52,613 nt of DNA from Pirellulales bacterium. Lineage in GTDB: Bacteria; Planctomycetota; Planctomycetia; Pirellulales; UBA1268. Location: NCBI GenBank assembly GCA_044337765.1, contig JBIIMX010000001.1, positions 1 through 52,613 on the forward strand. Reading direction: 5' to 3'. Both the position numbers and the translations under genes were made by a program. Positions 1 through 9,377 of the stretch are shown here, piece after piece. The notes under the pieces were generated by a model. That model was not told the DNA's origin and made no database searches. It saw only the letters and a program-made list of their open reading frames with translations. The stretch's first letter is position 1; the number at the start of each line of letters is the position of its first letter.

Positions 1-2168
1 GCATACCGTCGCACGATCAGGCTGGGGTCCTCGAGGGCCTCGACGAGCTTGCGACCGACGCCTGCGGCCAATTCCTCATCGGTAAACCCGCGGGCCATCG
101 CCCAGATCTCGTCTGCTCTGCCGTGCGGCCCGCGATTGACGAACGACTCGTAGAGTCTCGCAGAGGCGTTGCCACCCCGGGCCAATGCCAGCGGCACGGT
201 AGCGTTCTCCCACTGCGACCACTGCCGCTGTTCCAGTTTTTGTGCGGAGGACTCGGCCGCGAGTTGCTCCACGAGATCGTCGAATTCCCCGAGCAGTGCG
301 AGTGTCGAAGCAGCCAGCATCCGGTTTTCGACACGCCGGTCGGTGGCGAGTTCGCGGAGGGCGCGAGAGAGCGGGGCCACAGCCGCAACCTTGGCGGCCA
401 ATGCCTCGCTCGCTGATCTCTCGAGCCTGTCGGGCCTCGACCCCGATTCAATCCAGGCGGGCAGCCCGCGATTGCGGACCACCGAGACTCGGCCGGCGTC
501 GTTGCTCGACCATTCCAGCGACATGCCCGCATCGAGCATGCCCTGGGCGTCGATTCCCTCGAGCGGCTGTTCGACGGGAAGCCCGTTCGCCGCCGTCTGC
601 CGCCATGCGAGGCCTTGGGAGGCCGCATAGATCCGCGACCGCACCAGTGGCGGCGTGCTGGCAGGGTCGGCGCCTGGCATGCGATCAAGCTGCACCTCGA
701 TCGCCACCGGATTGAGGAGTCCGGCATCGACCGTGCCGAGCAGTCCGCCAGCGGTTATGCCCAGCCTCGCGTCGGCCCGACTTGCCCGGGCCACGGCGCG
801 GCCAAACACCACCTCGATCCGCGGCACCCCATCGGCATCGAGCGAAAGCACGGCGCGGGTCGTGGGCAGCAGGCGAATCGTCACTCCGCGCACGTGAAGT
901 TCGGGCTGAAACGCCGGCGGCACGAGCAGGTCCTCGCGTTTTCCAAGTGGCGAACCCACGGGAAAGAAGGTCCACTCCGCGTTGCCCGCTTGCGCCGACA
1001 GGTGGAGAAGCACGCCCTCGCCGCCGACAAAGCCCACGGAATCCTGGGGCTCAGCGGCAGCGTCACTTGCGTCTGAAGCGAACGCGGGGGCGGGCGCGGG
1101 GGCGGGCGCAGCGGCTGGTGCGGAGGCGGGCGTCGCGGCCGGCGCTGAAGGCTGCACTGCCGCCATTGCACCAGGCGGCGCGACAGGTGCCGCAACAGGC
1201 GGCGCCGTTTGTGGTGGATTCGCAGGCGCCGGCACATCACCGACCGCAGCTGGTGGAGCAGCCGCTGGCTCGGTCGCCGCCGGCCCAATGGGCTCCGTTG
1301 CCTGAGCCGGCAGACCGACAACTGCTGCCGCCGGCGTGGCGTCTCCCACCGCAGCAGTTGGGTCGACGGCCGGGACGGCCGGGGCCTCGACGGGCGGGAC
1401 GGCCGGGGCCGGGTCAACGGCCGGCGGCTGTCCCTCCGCGGCTGCCACATCCTGCGGCTGATGTCCGCCTCGCCTCGTGAAATTCCCGCCCAGCAGCGCC
1501 CAGCCAAGCACGCCAGCCAACAACAGCAACAGGGCCACTGCAAGCCCTGCGGCCAACCAAGCGGCCAACGACGAACGCCCCGAGGGCGGCCGGCCTGGCC
1601 GCCGATGCGGGTCAACGACACCGTTTCCACTGGGTGCAGTCGCATGCTGCAGGCCGTTCGCCACCGAAACCGCGTCGCGGATGGCACGGGCCGTCTCCCG
1701 CGATTCGCGGTGGTTGTCACCGGCGGGTGTTGCCGCCTGTTCCGTCGCGGCCCGATCCTGCAGGCCTGCCACCAGCCCGCGTAGCCGCTGCTGAATCCGC
1801 TGCAGCTCTTCACCGTGCAGCCCGTGCTGCACCTTGGGATCGCGGGCCAGTTCAGCCAAGAGCCCATGGCAGGCCGCCACCTCCGCCAGGTGCACATCCG
1901 ATTCGATGCAGATCCGCTCGAAGGCCTCCAACTGGTCGGAAGAGAGCGTGTTGTCGAGGTATTCGGCGACGGAGTTGGGGTCTTCCGTGAGTCCGCGGCC
2001 GTCCGTCTTGGGGGCACCGATTGCCGTCCTGCCGACCGCCGCACGGATCCGCTCCACCAGGTGCGTGGCCACCGTGCTCGATGACACCTTTGCACCCAAT
2101 TCCTGCTGCTCGCCATCGGGCAGCACGCCGTCCAGCCAGGCCAGCAGGGTTCTGAGGGTAAGCCGCAT
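1..2168 (-). CDS. Conserved membrane protein with anti-sigma-factor-like N-terminus (start in window, 3' end runs off the left edge)
   Basis: Absent from the ORF track because no stop lies in the window. Manual reverse-strand translation from the ATG (complement of 2166-2168) is open to position 1: MRLTLRTLLAWLDGVLPDGEQQELGAKV...FERICIESDVHLAEVAACHGLL... This is followed by one TM stretch (LAAWLAAGLAVALLLLLAGVLGWALL), a Pro/Ala-rich linker and a globular C-terminal part. Listed ORFs overlapping it (881..2116 -, 782..1480 +) have Arg/Pro-rich shadow-frame composition. Confidence 0.7.
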   Translation of the reverse strand, partial: MRLTLRTLLAWLDGVLPDGEQQELGAKVSSSTVATHLVERIRAAVGRTAIGAPKTDGRGLTEDPNSVAEYLDNTLSSDQLEAFERICIESDVHLAEVAACHGLLAELARDPKVQHGLHGEELQRIQQRLRGLVAGLQDRAATEQAATPAGDNHRESRETARAIRDAVSVANGLQHATAPSGNGVVDPHRRPGRPPSGRSSLAAWLAAGLAVALLLLLAGVLGWALLGGNFTRRGGHQPQDVAAAEGQPPAVDPAPAVPPVEAPAVPAVDPTAAVGDATPAAAVVGLPAQATEPIGPAATEPAAAPPAAVGDVPAPANPPQTAPPVAAPVAPPGAMAAVQPSAPAATPASAPAAAPAPAPAPAFASDASDAAAEPQDSVGFVGGEGVLLHLSAQAGNAEWTFFPVGSPLGKREDLLVPPAFQPELHVRGVTIRLLPTTRAVLSLDADGVPRIEVVFGRAVARASRADARLGITAGGLLGTVDAGLLNPVAIEVQLDRMPGADPASTPPLVRSRIYAASQGLAWRQTAANGLPVEQPLEGIDAQGMLDAGMSLEWSSNDAGRVSVVRNRGLPAWIESGSRPDRLERSASEALAAKVAAVAPLSRALRELATDRRVENRMLAASTLALLGEFDDLVEQLAAESSAQKLEQRQWSQWENATVPLALARGGNASARLYESFVNRGPHGRADEIWAMARGFTDEELAAGVGRKLVEALEDPSLIVRRY

Positions 2169-2457
2169 GATCGTGCTCCGGGCCGCCGTTAGGGATCTGG
2201 GGGAGTTTAGAAAGGAGTCTCTGCCGCCGGGAGCCCGCTTCGAGATCAGGGTCCCCCTACAACAGTGGCGAACTGTCGGAATTTTCGTACACGCCGGCAA
2301 AAAAACCAGCCAAAAAGAGAAACCGTCCCGTGGCGACCTCTCCAGCCGGGACGTGCGTAAACCAAGAAGAGCAGCCGTTATTTTCCGGCAGACTACACTT
2401 TCTGTGTTCCGCGGAAGGCCCGATTCCGCGGAGGGCACCTGGAGACAGCTTGCATCC

Positions 2458-3039
2458 ATGACCGCCACGACAGCCACGACAGCCATGCCCCGACACCGTC
2501 GCAAAGCCATCCTTCGAGAGGCCTCCGGCTACATCGAGCTGGGTGAACTGCTCGTGCAGCAAGACACCCCCGTGCCGCCGAGCGGCCAGAGGCTCTTGCA
2601 GCGGGCGATTGATCTTCTGGCGTCGCTGGAGGAGCCGACACGGTCTTCAGCGATTGCGAAGCTGCTCGAAGGGGAGGCGCTTCGGGCCCTGGGCCGCTTT
2701 GAGGAGGGGCTCGTCGCGCTTGAGTTGGTGGCCAAGGAGGAGCCCAAGCGGCTGGAAGCGTGGCTGGGCATGGGCTGGTGCCTCAAGCGACTGGGGCGGC
2801 TTGACGACGCAATCCTCGCACTCGAACGAGGCCTGGCAGCTTCGCCCCGGCAGCCGATCCTCCTCTACAACCTTGCCTGCTATCATTCGCTCGCAGGCCG
2901 TGTTCAGGCGGCCATCGAACATCTCACAAAGGCGATCTCGCTTGACGATCGATTTCGGGATCTCACCGGAGCCGAGCCCGACTTCGATCCGATCCGGCAG
3001 GATCCACGGTTTGTTGCAGTCACGCACATCACCGTCTGA
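2458..3039 (+). CDS. TPR repeat protein
   Basis: C-terminal part of listed ORF 1834..3039. TPR-like repeats: GEALRALGRFEEGLVALELV, AWLGMGWCLKRLGRLDDAILALERGL, LLYNLACYHSLAGRVQAAIEHLTKAI. I place the start at the internal ATG 2458 (MTATTATTAMPRH...) because the upstream part overlaps the 1..2168 gene and looks non-coding. Confidence 0.7.
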   Translation: MTATTATTAMPRHRRKAILREASGYIELGELLVQQDTPVPPSGQRLLQRAIDLLASLEEPTRSSAIAKLLEGEALRALGRFEEGLVALELVAKEEPKRLEAWLGMGWCLKRLGRLDDAILALERGLAASPRQPILLYNLACYHSLAGRVQAAIEHLTKAISLDDRFRDLTGAEPDFDPIRQDPRFVAVTHITV

Positions 3040-3054
3040 ACGTGTCGATCCATT

Positions 3055-3891
3055 ATGACGAGCCCAGCCCTCCAGGAAGTCGTTGCCCTGCTGGGCTGTC
3101 CCGCGGCGGGCAACCCCGCGCAGTATCTGTTTGAGCGGATGATCGCCGCTGCTGGTCTCGACTGGCAGTTTGTCACGCTCGACGTGCAGCCCGAGCGGCT
3201 GATCGAGGCGATTGCTGGCGTATCGGCCATGGGGTTTCGCGGCTGCCTGCTTGCCGGGCCGCTGCGGGCAGCGGCGCTTTCGGCGGTGGCATCCGCCAGC
3301 CCGGCGGCCACGTTTTCCGGCGCGGTCGGCCTGATCGATCGTCAGCCGACCGGCCCTGCGGGCCACATGACCGACGGCCGCGGCGTGCTCGAGTCGCTGC
3401 GATCGCACATCGACCCGACTGGGAAACAGGTGCTGATCTTCGGTGCCGGGGCGGCGGCGCGGGCCACCGCCCTGGAGCTGTCGCTGGCCGGCGTTGCCGA
3501 AATCCTCGTCTGCGATCGCACGCCGGAGCGGGCGGCGTCGCTCGTCGAAGCGCTCACCGGTCTGGCTGCAGCACCGGCCTCCGCCCTGCCGTGGGAGGAG
3601 GCGATCGCGATCCCCGAACGTGTCGGCATTGTCGTGACCGCCGTACCGACCGACGGCCAGAAGCCGGTCGTGCCATTCACCGGTCTGCGTCCGGATCTGG
3701 TAGTGGCCGATCTCGCGCTCGTCAGTCAGCCCGCCCCCGTGGTGACCGCAGCCCGCAGTGCCGGGGCCTGCGTGATCGACGGACTCGAGATTCATTGCGA
3801 GCGAACGGCGATCGACTTCCAGTTGCTGACGGGGCTGGTGGCCGACACCGAAATGCTCCGCGACGCCCTCGACGAATTCTTCAGCGCGTGA
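3055..3891 (+). CDS. aroE: Shikimate dehydrogenase family protein
   Basis: 278 aa. N-terminal substrate-domain-like GNPAQYLFERMIAAAGLDWQFVTLDV. Rossmann motif GKQVLIFGAGAAARATALELSLAGVAEILVCDRTPERAASL, typical of the AroE family. Confidence 0.8.
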   Translation: MTSPALQEVVALLGCPAAGNPAQYLFERMIAAAGLDWQFVTLDVQPERLIEAIAGVSAMGFRGCLLAGPLRAAALSAVASASPAATFSGAVGLIDRQPTGPAGHMTDGRGVLESLRSHIDPTGKQVLIFGAGAAARATALELSLAGVAEILVCDRTPERAASLVEALTGLAAAPASALPWEEAIAIPERVGIVVTAVPTDGQKPVVPFTGLRPDLVVADLALVSQPAPVVTAARSAGACVIDGLEIHCERTAIDFQLLTGLVADTEMLRDALDEFFSA

Positions 3892-3896
3892 CCTGC

Positions 3897-4901
3897 TCAG
3901 GTCGGCTGTTTGGACAGCCGCTTGATCTTCTCGAGGACGGCCGTTGCGCTTGTTCGCACGTCGCCCACCGGATCACGAGTGAGCTGCTCCACGCTTTCGA
4001 GCAGCTGCTTGGGGGGCGGTTCGTGGGTGGTATCGACGAGCAGCGCGAGCCCCCGCAGGGCATTGACGACCACCAACGCACGCTTGTATCGCCGAGACTG
4101 CGCGGTCATGTCGGCCGCCGCGTCGGGGCCCACGACCACGTCGGGCAGGGCGAGCATTTCCGACAACGTGTCGTAGGATTCCACGCGGCCCTGTCGGGCC
4201 TGCGCGAGCGCCGCGTTGAAACGCACATCCTCGGCCGAGTCGCCGGCCAGTTGCCCGAGCCTTTCGATTGCCGCATCGCCACCGAGCACGCCGAGCGTGA
4301 AGGCGGTGGCCGACCGCAACTGTGCGTCATCGCTCTGCGACGCGGCGACCACTGCAGCGGTCACGCCTGCGGCATCGTCGAATGATCGGCCAGCCACGGT
4401 GAGGTTTGTCGCCAACACGGCCAGTGCCTCGACCGCCGCACGGGCGGTCTGCGGATCGGAGATGGCACGGGCCCGTGCCACGAGTGGTTCGGCGGCGGCA
4501 GGAATGGCGAATTCGCCCAATGCCCGGCAGAGGTAGAGCCGCAGGGTCTGCGACTGTTCGCCAGTACGGCCGCTGGTGGACTCGTCGCCGAGGATGCGGC
4601 CCAGTTCCGTGGCGAGAGATGCGTCGGCTTTGAGGGCTGCGCCGCCCGGGCCGCGCAGGTCGTTGGCAAGATTGAGGGCGGCCTGCCAGCGGCCTTCGTT
4701 GTCGCGGCGGAGCGTTTTCACATAGGCCTGCGGGTCGCTGCCGAGGTGGGCGAGCCAATGGAAGGCCAGCCACACGCAGACGATGATGGCGACGATCACG
4801 CCGGGCACGAGAAACAGCTGCACGAGAAACGCGGCGTTGGGCGGCTCAACGGGCGGCAGCGAGTCGTCTTGGGAGACGGTCCGGCGGGGTGTGTCGGCCA
4901 T
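3897..4901 (-). CDS. Membrane-anchored HEAT/armadillo-like repeat protein
   Basis: 334 aa. N-terminal TM (FLVQLFLVPGVIVAIIVCVWLAFHWLA) followed by repeated helical Ala/Leu-rich units (ARAAVEALAVLA, LRSATAFTLGVLGG, DVRFNAALAQAR, DVRTSATAVLEKI). Convergent with aroE across a 5-nt gap. Confidence 0.7.
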   Translation of the reverse strand: MADTPRRTVSQDDSLPPVEPPNAAFLVQLFLVPGVIVAIIVCVWLAFHWLAHLGSDPQAYVKTLRRDNEGRWQAALNLANDLRGPGGAALKADASLATELGRILGDESTSGRTGEQSQTLRLYLCRALGEFAIPAAAEPLVARARAISDPQTARAAVEALAVLATNLTVAGRSFDDAAGVTAAVVAASQSDDAQLRSATAFTLGVLGGDAAIERLGQLAGDSAEDVRFNAALAQARQGRVESYDTLSEMLALPDVVVGPDAAADMTAQSRRYKRALVVVNALRGLALLVDTTHEPPPKQLLESVEQLTRDPVGDVRTSATAVLEKIKRLSKQPT

Positions 4902-5027
4902 AGGGTATGAATCAGCCGGATGACGCGACGCACGCTGTTTGCGGCGCGAGGGGTGGTGAACTGGCGGAGATCGGCGAGAATCAGCGGTGGGCCCGCATGC
5001 GCTGCGTTGCCCGCTTCAGCAGTCTAG

Positions 5028-5840
5028 GTGGTCACCCCCGTGCGTCAACGTCCCGACCTTCCCGCAGCCCCCCCCCCTGCCCCGGCTTTGGCCGCGGTCT
5101 GGCTCGATGTGTCGTTGCCGACGGTGGAGGAAAATCTCGCGCTCGACGAGGCCCTGCTGGACCTGGCCCACGAGGGGGTGGCCACGGCGGCCTGCGTCCG
5201 CACATGGATGGCGACGGAGCATGCCGTCGTGCTCGGTTCGTCGAGCCGCGTGGAGGAGGAGATCGATCTGCAGGCCTGTTCGGCGGCGGGGGTGCGGGTG
5301 GTGCGGCGGCCGAGCGGCGGGGCGACGGTGGTGCTTGGGCCGGGGTGTTTGATGTGGTCGGTGATCACGCCCCATGCCGCGGGTGCGCCGCCGATCGAGT
5401 CGATCCATGCGGCGATGCTCGAGCCGCTGGCGGCTGCGATCACCGCGGCGTGGGCTCCCTCTGCCGGCCGGCGAGTTGCCCGTCGCGGTACGAGCGATCT
5501 GGCGGTCGTCACCGAACACGACGCGACGGAGCGAAAGGTATCGGGCAATGCGTTGCGGGTGCGGCGGCATGGGGTGCTTTACCATGGCACGCTCCTCGAT
5601 GGCTTCGATCTTGGGCTCGTATCGCGGGTGCTGAGGCATCCTCCCCGCGAGCCTGATTACCGTTCGCAACGTTCGCACGGTGACTTCCTGGCGAATCTTG
5701 GGCTCGGGCATCGGCGGCTCGAGCAGATCGTGCGGGTGGCGTTCAACGCCACGGTGACCGACGGAGTCTGGCCTCGCGACCGCGTGGCCCGGCTCGTTGC
5801 GGAACGCTACGCCGCCAAAGAGTGGACCCATCGGCTCTGA
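5028..5840 (+). CDS. Lipoate-protein ligase / octanoyltransferase family (BPL_LplA_LipB domain)
   Basis: Motifs NLALDEALL, RRPSGGATVVLGPGCLMWSVI and the lysine motif RKVSGNALRVRRHGVLYHGTLL match the LplA/LipB catalytic fold. The listed GTG start at 5028 is uncertain; a downstream start is possible. Confidence 0.75.
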   Translation: MVTPVRQRPDLPAAPPPAPALAAVWLDVSLPTVEENLALDEALLDLAHEGVATAACVRTWMATEHAVVLGSSSRVEEEIDLQACSAAGVRVVRRPSGGATVVLGPGCLMWSVITPHAAGAPPIESIHAAMLEPLAAAITAAWAPSAGRRVARRGTSDLAVVTEHDATERKVSGNALRVRRHGVLYHGTLLDGFDLGLVSRVLRHPPREPDYRSQRSHGDFLANLGLGHRRLEQIVRVAFNATVTDGVWPRDRVARLVAERYAAKEWTHRL

Positions 5841-5850
5841 AGCCGATGGC

Positions 5851-6038
5851 GTGGCAGCGAGTTTCCAACTTGCTGTATCCCATCCCCGTGGCAGCGAGTT
5901 TCCAACTTGCTGTGTCCCATCCCCGTGGCAGCGAGTTTCCAACTTGCTGTGTTTGGCTCTGCACAAGTTGAAAACTTGTGGCCACGGGGCCAAAACCTCC
6001 GGCCACCCCTTCCGTGGCAGCGAGTTTCCAACTTGCTG
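5851..6038. repeat. Array of REP-like hairpin repeats (4 copies of GTGGCAGCGAGTTTCCAACTTGCTG plus 1 variant hairpin)
   Basis: Copies at 5851-5876, 5888-5913, 5925-5950 (37-bp period) and 6014-6038. Each folds as CAGCGAGTT-TCC-AACTTGCTG, a 9-bp stem with one G-T/U pair. The variant GCACAAGTTGAAAACTTGTGGC at 5961-5982 is a perfect hairpin. The array starts immediately downstream of the ligase stop. Confidence 0.9.
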
Positions 6039-6315
6039 AATATGCCACCCTAAACCCCTTGCCCCGCTGTCAATCTAGGCAAGCCGGACCGGCAGTGAGG
6101 GATGGGCGGTCTATCGATTGCAAGGTAATCGCGATCGCCGGGATCGGCCGATCCTCCTAGTGGCGGATGGGATTCGGTGTCGGGATCGCGGCTGGTGGAC
6201 GAAAGAAAACAGTCTTTCGTCAGCGGCCGCTCCTGAGTAGGGTTCCCGACCCGATCGACAGGACGTCGTTCGATAGTTCGCACCAGCGACAGCCAGCAAC
6301 AGGAGGTTGCCTATC

Positions 6316-6585
6316 ATGCGTTTACACATGAATGCCGCGGACGTGCGGCGATTGGTCACGCATTACTTCCTCGATCTCGGCGTGGACAGCGTCGAAGTCG
6401 ATGACATCCAGGAAAACATCCGCATCGACCGCGGCCGTTGCGTAGCTCGCTGCTACCGCGTCGCGGACATGTTCGCGATGTGGATGATCGACGTCGGCGT
6501 GCTGCAGTTCTACGACGCCGACGGCGAAATGTTGCACACCGTGAACCTGTTCACGGAAATGCAGCCGCAGCGGGCCGCAGCCTGA
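6316..6585 (+). CDS. Small hypothetical protein
   Basis: Listed ORF 6307..6585. I use the ATG at 6316, which is preceded by AGGAGG (6301-6306). Balanced, non-shadow composition (MRLHMNAADVRRLVTHYFLDLGVDSVEVDDIQENIRIDRG...). No recognisable domain. Confidence 0.5.
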   Translation: MRLHMNAADVRRLVTHYFLDLGVDSVEVDDIQENIRIDRGRCVARCYRVADMFAMWMIDVGVLQFYDADGEMLHTVNLFTEMQPQRAAA

Positions 6586-6764
6586 TCGCGGTTTCCCGGC
6601 GAAGTTCTCGGGCATCGTCCGACGCAGGTCGTGCGTCGGCGTGCTTGAGTATTCACCCGAGCAAGATCTGACTCATGGCGGTGTGTGGTTTGGGGGATGG
6701 TGCGCGCGGAGGCGAGGCCGCGCCGTGGATCGAGTGACCGTGGTCTGTAGGCCGGGGGGTGGCG

Positions 6765-7826
6765 ATGTCTGACACATTTGATCTGGTGCGATCGCCGCGA
6801 CTGTCGATCGTCATTCCCACGCCGGCAGACACCGCGGCCATGGAAGAAACGCTGGTGAGCGTTTTGGAACACCGGCCGGACGACTGCGAGATCGTGGTCG
6901 CACTTGGCTGCGAGTATGCCGACCCGTGGAACATCCGCGAGGAGGTGCGATTCGTGCAGGCACCGGCGGGTTCGAGCCTGGTGGGCTGCGTGAATTTGGG
7001 GGTGGCGGCGAGCGCGGGCGACGTGGTGCACATTCTGGCTGCGGGCTGGCGGGCCACGGAGGGCTGGACCGATCTGCCGGTGGAGCGGTTTGAGGATGAC
7101 GACGTGGGAGCTGTGGTGCCGCTGGGCATCGCGGCCGACGATCGTGACCATGTTGTGTCGGCGGGCGTGCGATGTGCCGTCGGGGGGCGGCGGATCGATG
7201 TGGCCTCCGACGGCAGGTGGCGGCGCGTGAAGGTGGCGGCATGCCCGCCCGCGGGTGCGCCGGTGCCGCAGGGGCCGGTGCTCGAGACAGGTTTCTGGCG
7301 GTCGGACGTTCTTGAGTTGGCGGGCCGTGGGTTCACGACGGTGTGTGGGGATAAGGCGGCCGACGCTGACATGGCGATCACGCTGTCGCGGAGTGGCTGT
7401 CGGGTGGTGGTGGAGCCGCATTCGTTGGTGATCGCGCCGGCGGCGACGGCGGGCAGGGCTCGCACGCGTTCGTTCGCGGCTGGTCTGCATGCGGAGCGGC
7501 TCTTTTGGCGGAGCGTGGCGGGTTCATCGATCCTGCCCGCGCTGGTGATGCATGTCGTGGAGATCGTGCGGCATGCGGTGGCGCGAGCGCCGTTGGGCAC
7601 GCTTCCGATGCTTGTGGGCCGGCTGGTGGCCGTGCTGCAGTTTGGGTCGTATGTGTCCCGTTATTCGCAGCTGCGGCATGTGATTGCTCGGGCGGCTGGG
7701 CAGAGCGGTGTGGGAGTGGAGGCCGAGGAGCAGCCGTCGATTCGGATCGACGGGCGGCATGAAGGTTTTGGTCGTCCGCGGCAGCGTGGGTCGCGGGAGT
7801 CGGTGCCGCTTCGGAAGTCGGCCTGA
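6765..7826 (+). CDS. Glycosyltransferase family 2-like protein
   Basis: N-terminal PRLSIVIPTPADTAAMEETLVSVLEH resembles the GT2 SIVIPT motif. Hydrophobic C-terminal region. ATG at 6765 (listed GTG at 6759). Confidence 0.6.
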   Translation: MSDTFDLVRSPRLSIVIPTPADTAAMEETLVSVLEHRPDDCEIVVALGCEYADPWNIREEVRFVQAPAGSSLVGCVNLGVAASAGDVVHILAAGWRATEGWTDLPVERFEDDDVGAVVPLGIAADDRDHVVSAGVRCAVGGRRIDVASDGRWRRVKVAACPPAGAPVPQGPVLETGFWRSDVLELAGRGFTTVCGDKAADADMAITLSRSGCRVVVEPHSLVIAPAATAGRARTRSFAAGLHAERLFWRSVAGSSILPALVMHVVEIVRHAVARAPLGTLPMLVGRLVAVLQFGSYVSRYSQLRHVIARAAGQSGVGVEAEEQPSIRIDGRHEGFGRPRQRGSRESVPLRKSA

Positions 7827-8038
7827 GCGGGGCACGGCGTGTGCGGTGGGCCGCCTGTGCGGTGGGCAGAGCGCCGTTTGCCGAATGGGCCCAGAGTAGG
7901 TTGGGCAGCGGGCTGGATGGTGCTTGGATCGACTAGCCTGGGGCTTTGCAGCCAGTGGCGGGCGGGGTTTTCACCGGCAGACGCGGCGATCCTGTTATCG
8001 CGGGCCCGGGGCTGATAGAATTCGGGTGGTTGAGTCCT

Positions 8039-8112
8039 GCCCTCGTAGCTCAATTGGATAGAGCGTCAGCCTCCGAAGTTGAAGGTTACAGGTTCGATCC
8101 CTGTCGAGGGTA
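8039..8112 (+). tRNA. tRNA-Arg (anticodon CCG)
   Basis: Hand-folded 74-nt cloverleaf: acceptor GCCCTCG/CGAGGGT (one G-U pair), D arm GCTC-AATTGGATA-GAGC, anticodon arm TCAGC-CTCCGAA-GTTGA (U33, CCG at 34-36, A37), variable loop AGGTT, T arm ACAGG-TTCGATC-CCTGT, discriminator A. CCA is not encoded. Confidence 0.9.
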
Positions 8113-9376
8113 TTGGGTTTGTTGGTCTAGCTCGCGAAGTACGCGTTTTCCCGCGTGTTTCGTGAAGGTCGGACGGCGTCGGTCTGCCGCTGTCGGCTCC
8201 TGACTGTGCCGGGTAGTGTGCCGGGTTGGAGGCGGCTCGGTCGAAGTCGGCGTCGGTCGTCGAGAGGTAGTGGCTCCGAGCCACGGCGGCCGTATGGCCG
8301 AGCCAAGCGAAGACGACGTGAGCCGGGAACGTCTCCAAGAGCTCGATCTCCCGGCTGGCCCTGAGGTTCACGAAGAGCTTCGGCCACTTCGGCACGCTGG
8401 CACGCTCCAGCACTTGCTCGGCATACCGCCGGAGGTTCCGGCCGCCGCGAGCTCGTGGCACGACGTAGACGGCTCCCGGCTCGGCCGCGTCGAAGGCCGC
8501 CTCAAGGTATGGCCGGAGCTCGGCGAAGATCGGCACGATCCGCTCCTCGTGGCCGGCGAGGTGCGACTTCTTCGGCACGCGTACCGTGATTCTGTTTCTC
8601 TCCCAGTTCACGTCGCTCCACTTGAGCTCTTCAAGCTCGCTCGGAATCCGTAGGCCGGCGTATCGAGCGAAGGCGAAGATCAGTCTCCAGTCGTGATTCG
8701 GGCAGGCCGCCAGCACGGCCTCAATCGTCTCACGCTTCACGAAGTGCTTGCGGCTCGGGTTGGCCTGAGAGCCGCACCTAACCTCCTCAAACGGATTGCG
8801 GTCGATCACGCGACGCCGGACGGCGGCCTTGAAGAACTGCCGAGCACGTCGAAGATCGACCGACGCTGACGCTGGAGCGAAGCCCTTGCGGGACTTCGTC
8901 GGAGCCAGGAGCCACGCCTTGTAGTCGTCGGCGTCTCCTTCGTGGATCGTGTCGATCCGACGCTCCTTGCCGAAGAACTCCTCCAGCAGTCGTCGAGCTC
9001 GGCCGTAGTTCAAGGCCGTCATGCGCTTTTGCTGGCCGAGCGTGCTGAAGTAGTGCTCCAAGAAGGAGCCGACCGTCCACTCGATCGCGGTGATCTTCTC
9101 GCGTGGCTCTACGAGGCCTACTTTGGCCAGCTTGTCGTGGATCACGTCGCCGATCTCGGAGAGCCAGCCGGCCGTCTGGGAGTCGATCGGGAGGCCGGCG
9201 ATCTTCGCGGCCAGGAGCGACTCGATCTTGAGCTTCACGCTCTCGGCGAGCTTCTTCGGCAGCTTGCCGAGCCGGATCGTCTGCCGCTTGCCAGTCGGAT
9301 CGACGAAGAGCACGCGGTACGTCGTCGTCGTCGAGCCGTCGTCGAGCTTGAACTTTTCAGTGCTGAGCGTGGCCAC
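8066..9376 (-). CDS. int: Tyrosine recombinase / phage integrase
   Basis: 436 aa. Catalytic-domain motifs ARYAGLRIPSELEELKW, HLAGHEERIVPI, LRASREIELL and WLGHTAAVARSHYL (the R..H-x-x-R..H/W..Y pattern). The last 47 nt of the ORF overlap the tRNA-Arg 3' half. Confidence 0.9.
   Translation of the reverse strand: MATLSTEKFKLDDGSTTTTYRVLFVDPTGKRQTIRLGKLPKKLAESVKLKIESLLAAKIAGLPIDSQTAGWLSEIGDVIHDKLAKVGLVEPREKITAIEWTVGSFLEHYFSTLGQQKRMTALNYGRARRLLEEFFGKERRIDTIHEGDADDYKAWLLAPTKSRKGFAPASASVDLRRARQFFKAAVRRRVIDRNPFEEVRCGSQANPSRKHFVKRETIEAVLAACPNHDWRLIFAFARYAGLRIPSELEELKWSDVNWERNRITVRVPKKSHLAGHEERIVPIFAELRPYLEAAFDAAEPGAVYVVPRARGGRNLRRYAEQVLERASVPKWPKLFVNLRASREIELLETFPAHVVFAWLGHTAAVARSHYLSTTDADFDRAASNPAHYPAQSGADSGRPTPSDLHETRGKTRTSRARPTNPIPSTGIEPVTFNFGG
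8093..8116 (+). repeat. att core repeat (tRNA-proximal copy)
   Basis: Exact 24-nt match to 15742-15765. Covers the T-loop to the 3' end of tRNA-Arg plus 4 nt. Confidence 0.85.
8206..8228 (+). repeat. Tandem 11-mer GTGCCGGGTAG / GTGCCGGGTTG (candidate integrase arm-type sites, left end)
   Basis: Two copies with a 12-bp period, 90 bp inside the left att core and within the int 3' coding region. The same 11-mer pair occurs at 15680-15702. Confidence 0.4.
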
Positions 9377-9377
9377 G

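Noticed and set aside
881-2116. The 411-aa minus-strand ORF and several other long ORFs in 1-2.2 kb (for example 782..1480 +, 17..727 -).
   Set aside because: Their Arg/Pro/Ser-rich, low-complexity composition is typical of off-frame translation in high-GC DNA. They overlap a better frame (1..2168 -) that has a TM helix and conserved-looking motifs.
2647-3795. 382-aa minus-strand ORF opposite the TPR and aroE genes. The same class includes 6510..7490 -, 6653..7600 -, 5016..5993 -, 20773..21489 -, 38596..39399 -, 39396..40295 -, 40554..41360 -, 30876..31802 -, 33815..34495 -, 47262..48083 +.
   Set aside because: These are shadow ORFs antisense to genes with clear family motifs. They are Arg-rich and carry no recognisable domain.
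3886-3905. Short palindrome GACCTGCTCAGGTC between convergent aroE and the HEAT-repeat gene, considered as a bidirectional terminator.
   Set aside because: The stem is only 6 bp with a 2-nt loop and no U-tract. That is too weak to call.
5851-5950. A 26-nt repeat with 11-nt spacers at a 37-bp period looks superficially like a mini CRISPR array.
   Set aside because: The 'spacers' are nearly identical to each other (ATCCCATCCCC / GTCCCATCCCC) and far too short. There are only three regular units and no cas genes in the window. It is a tandem REP-like repeat, not a CRISPR array.
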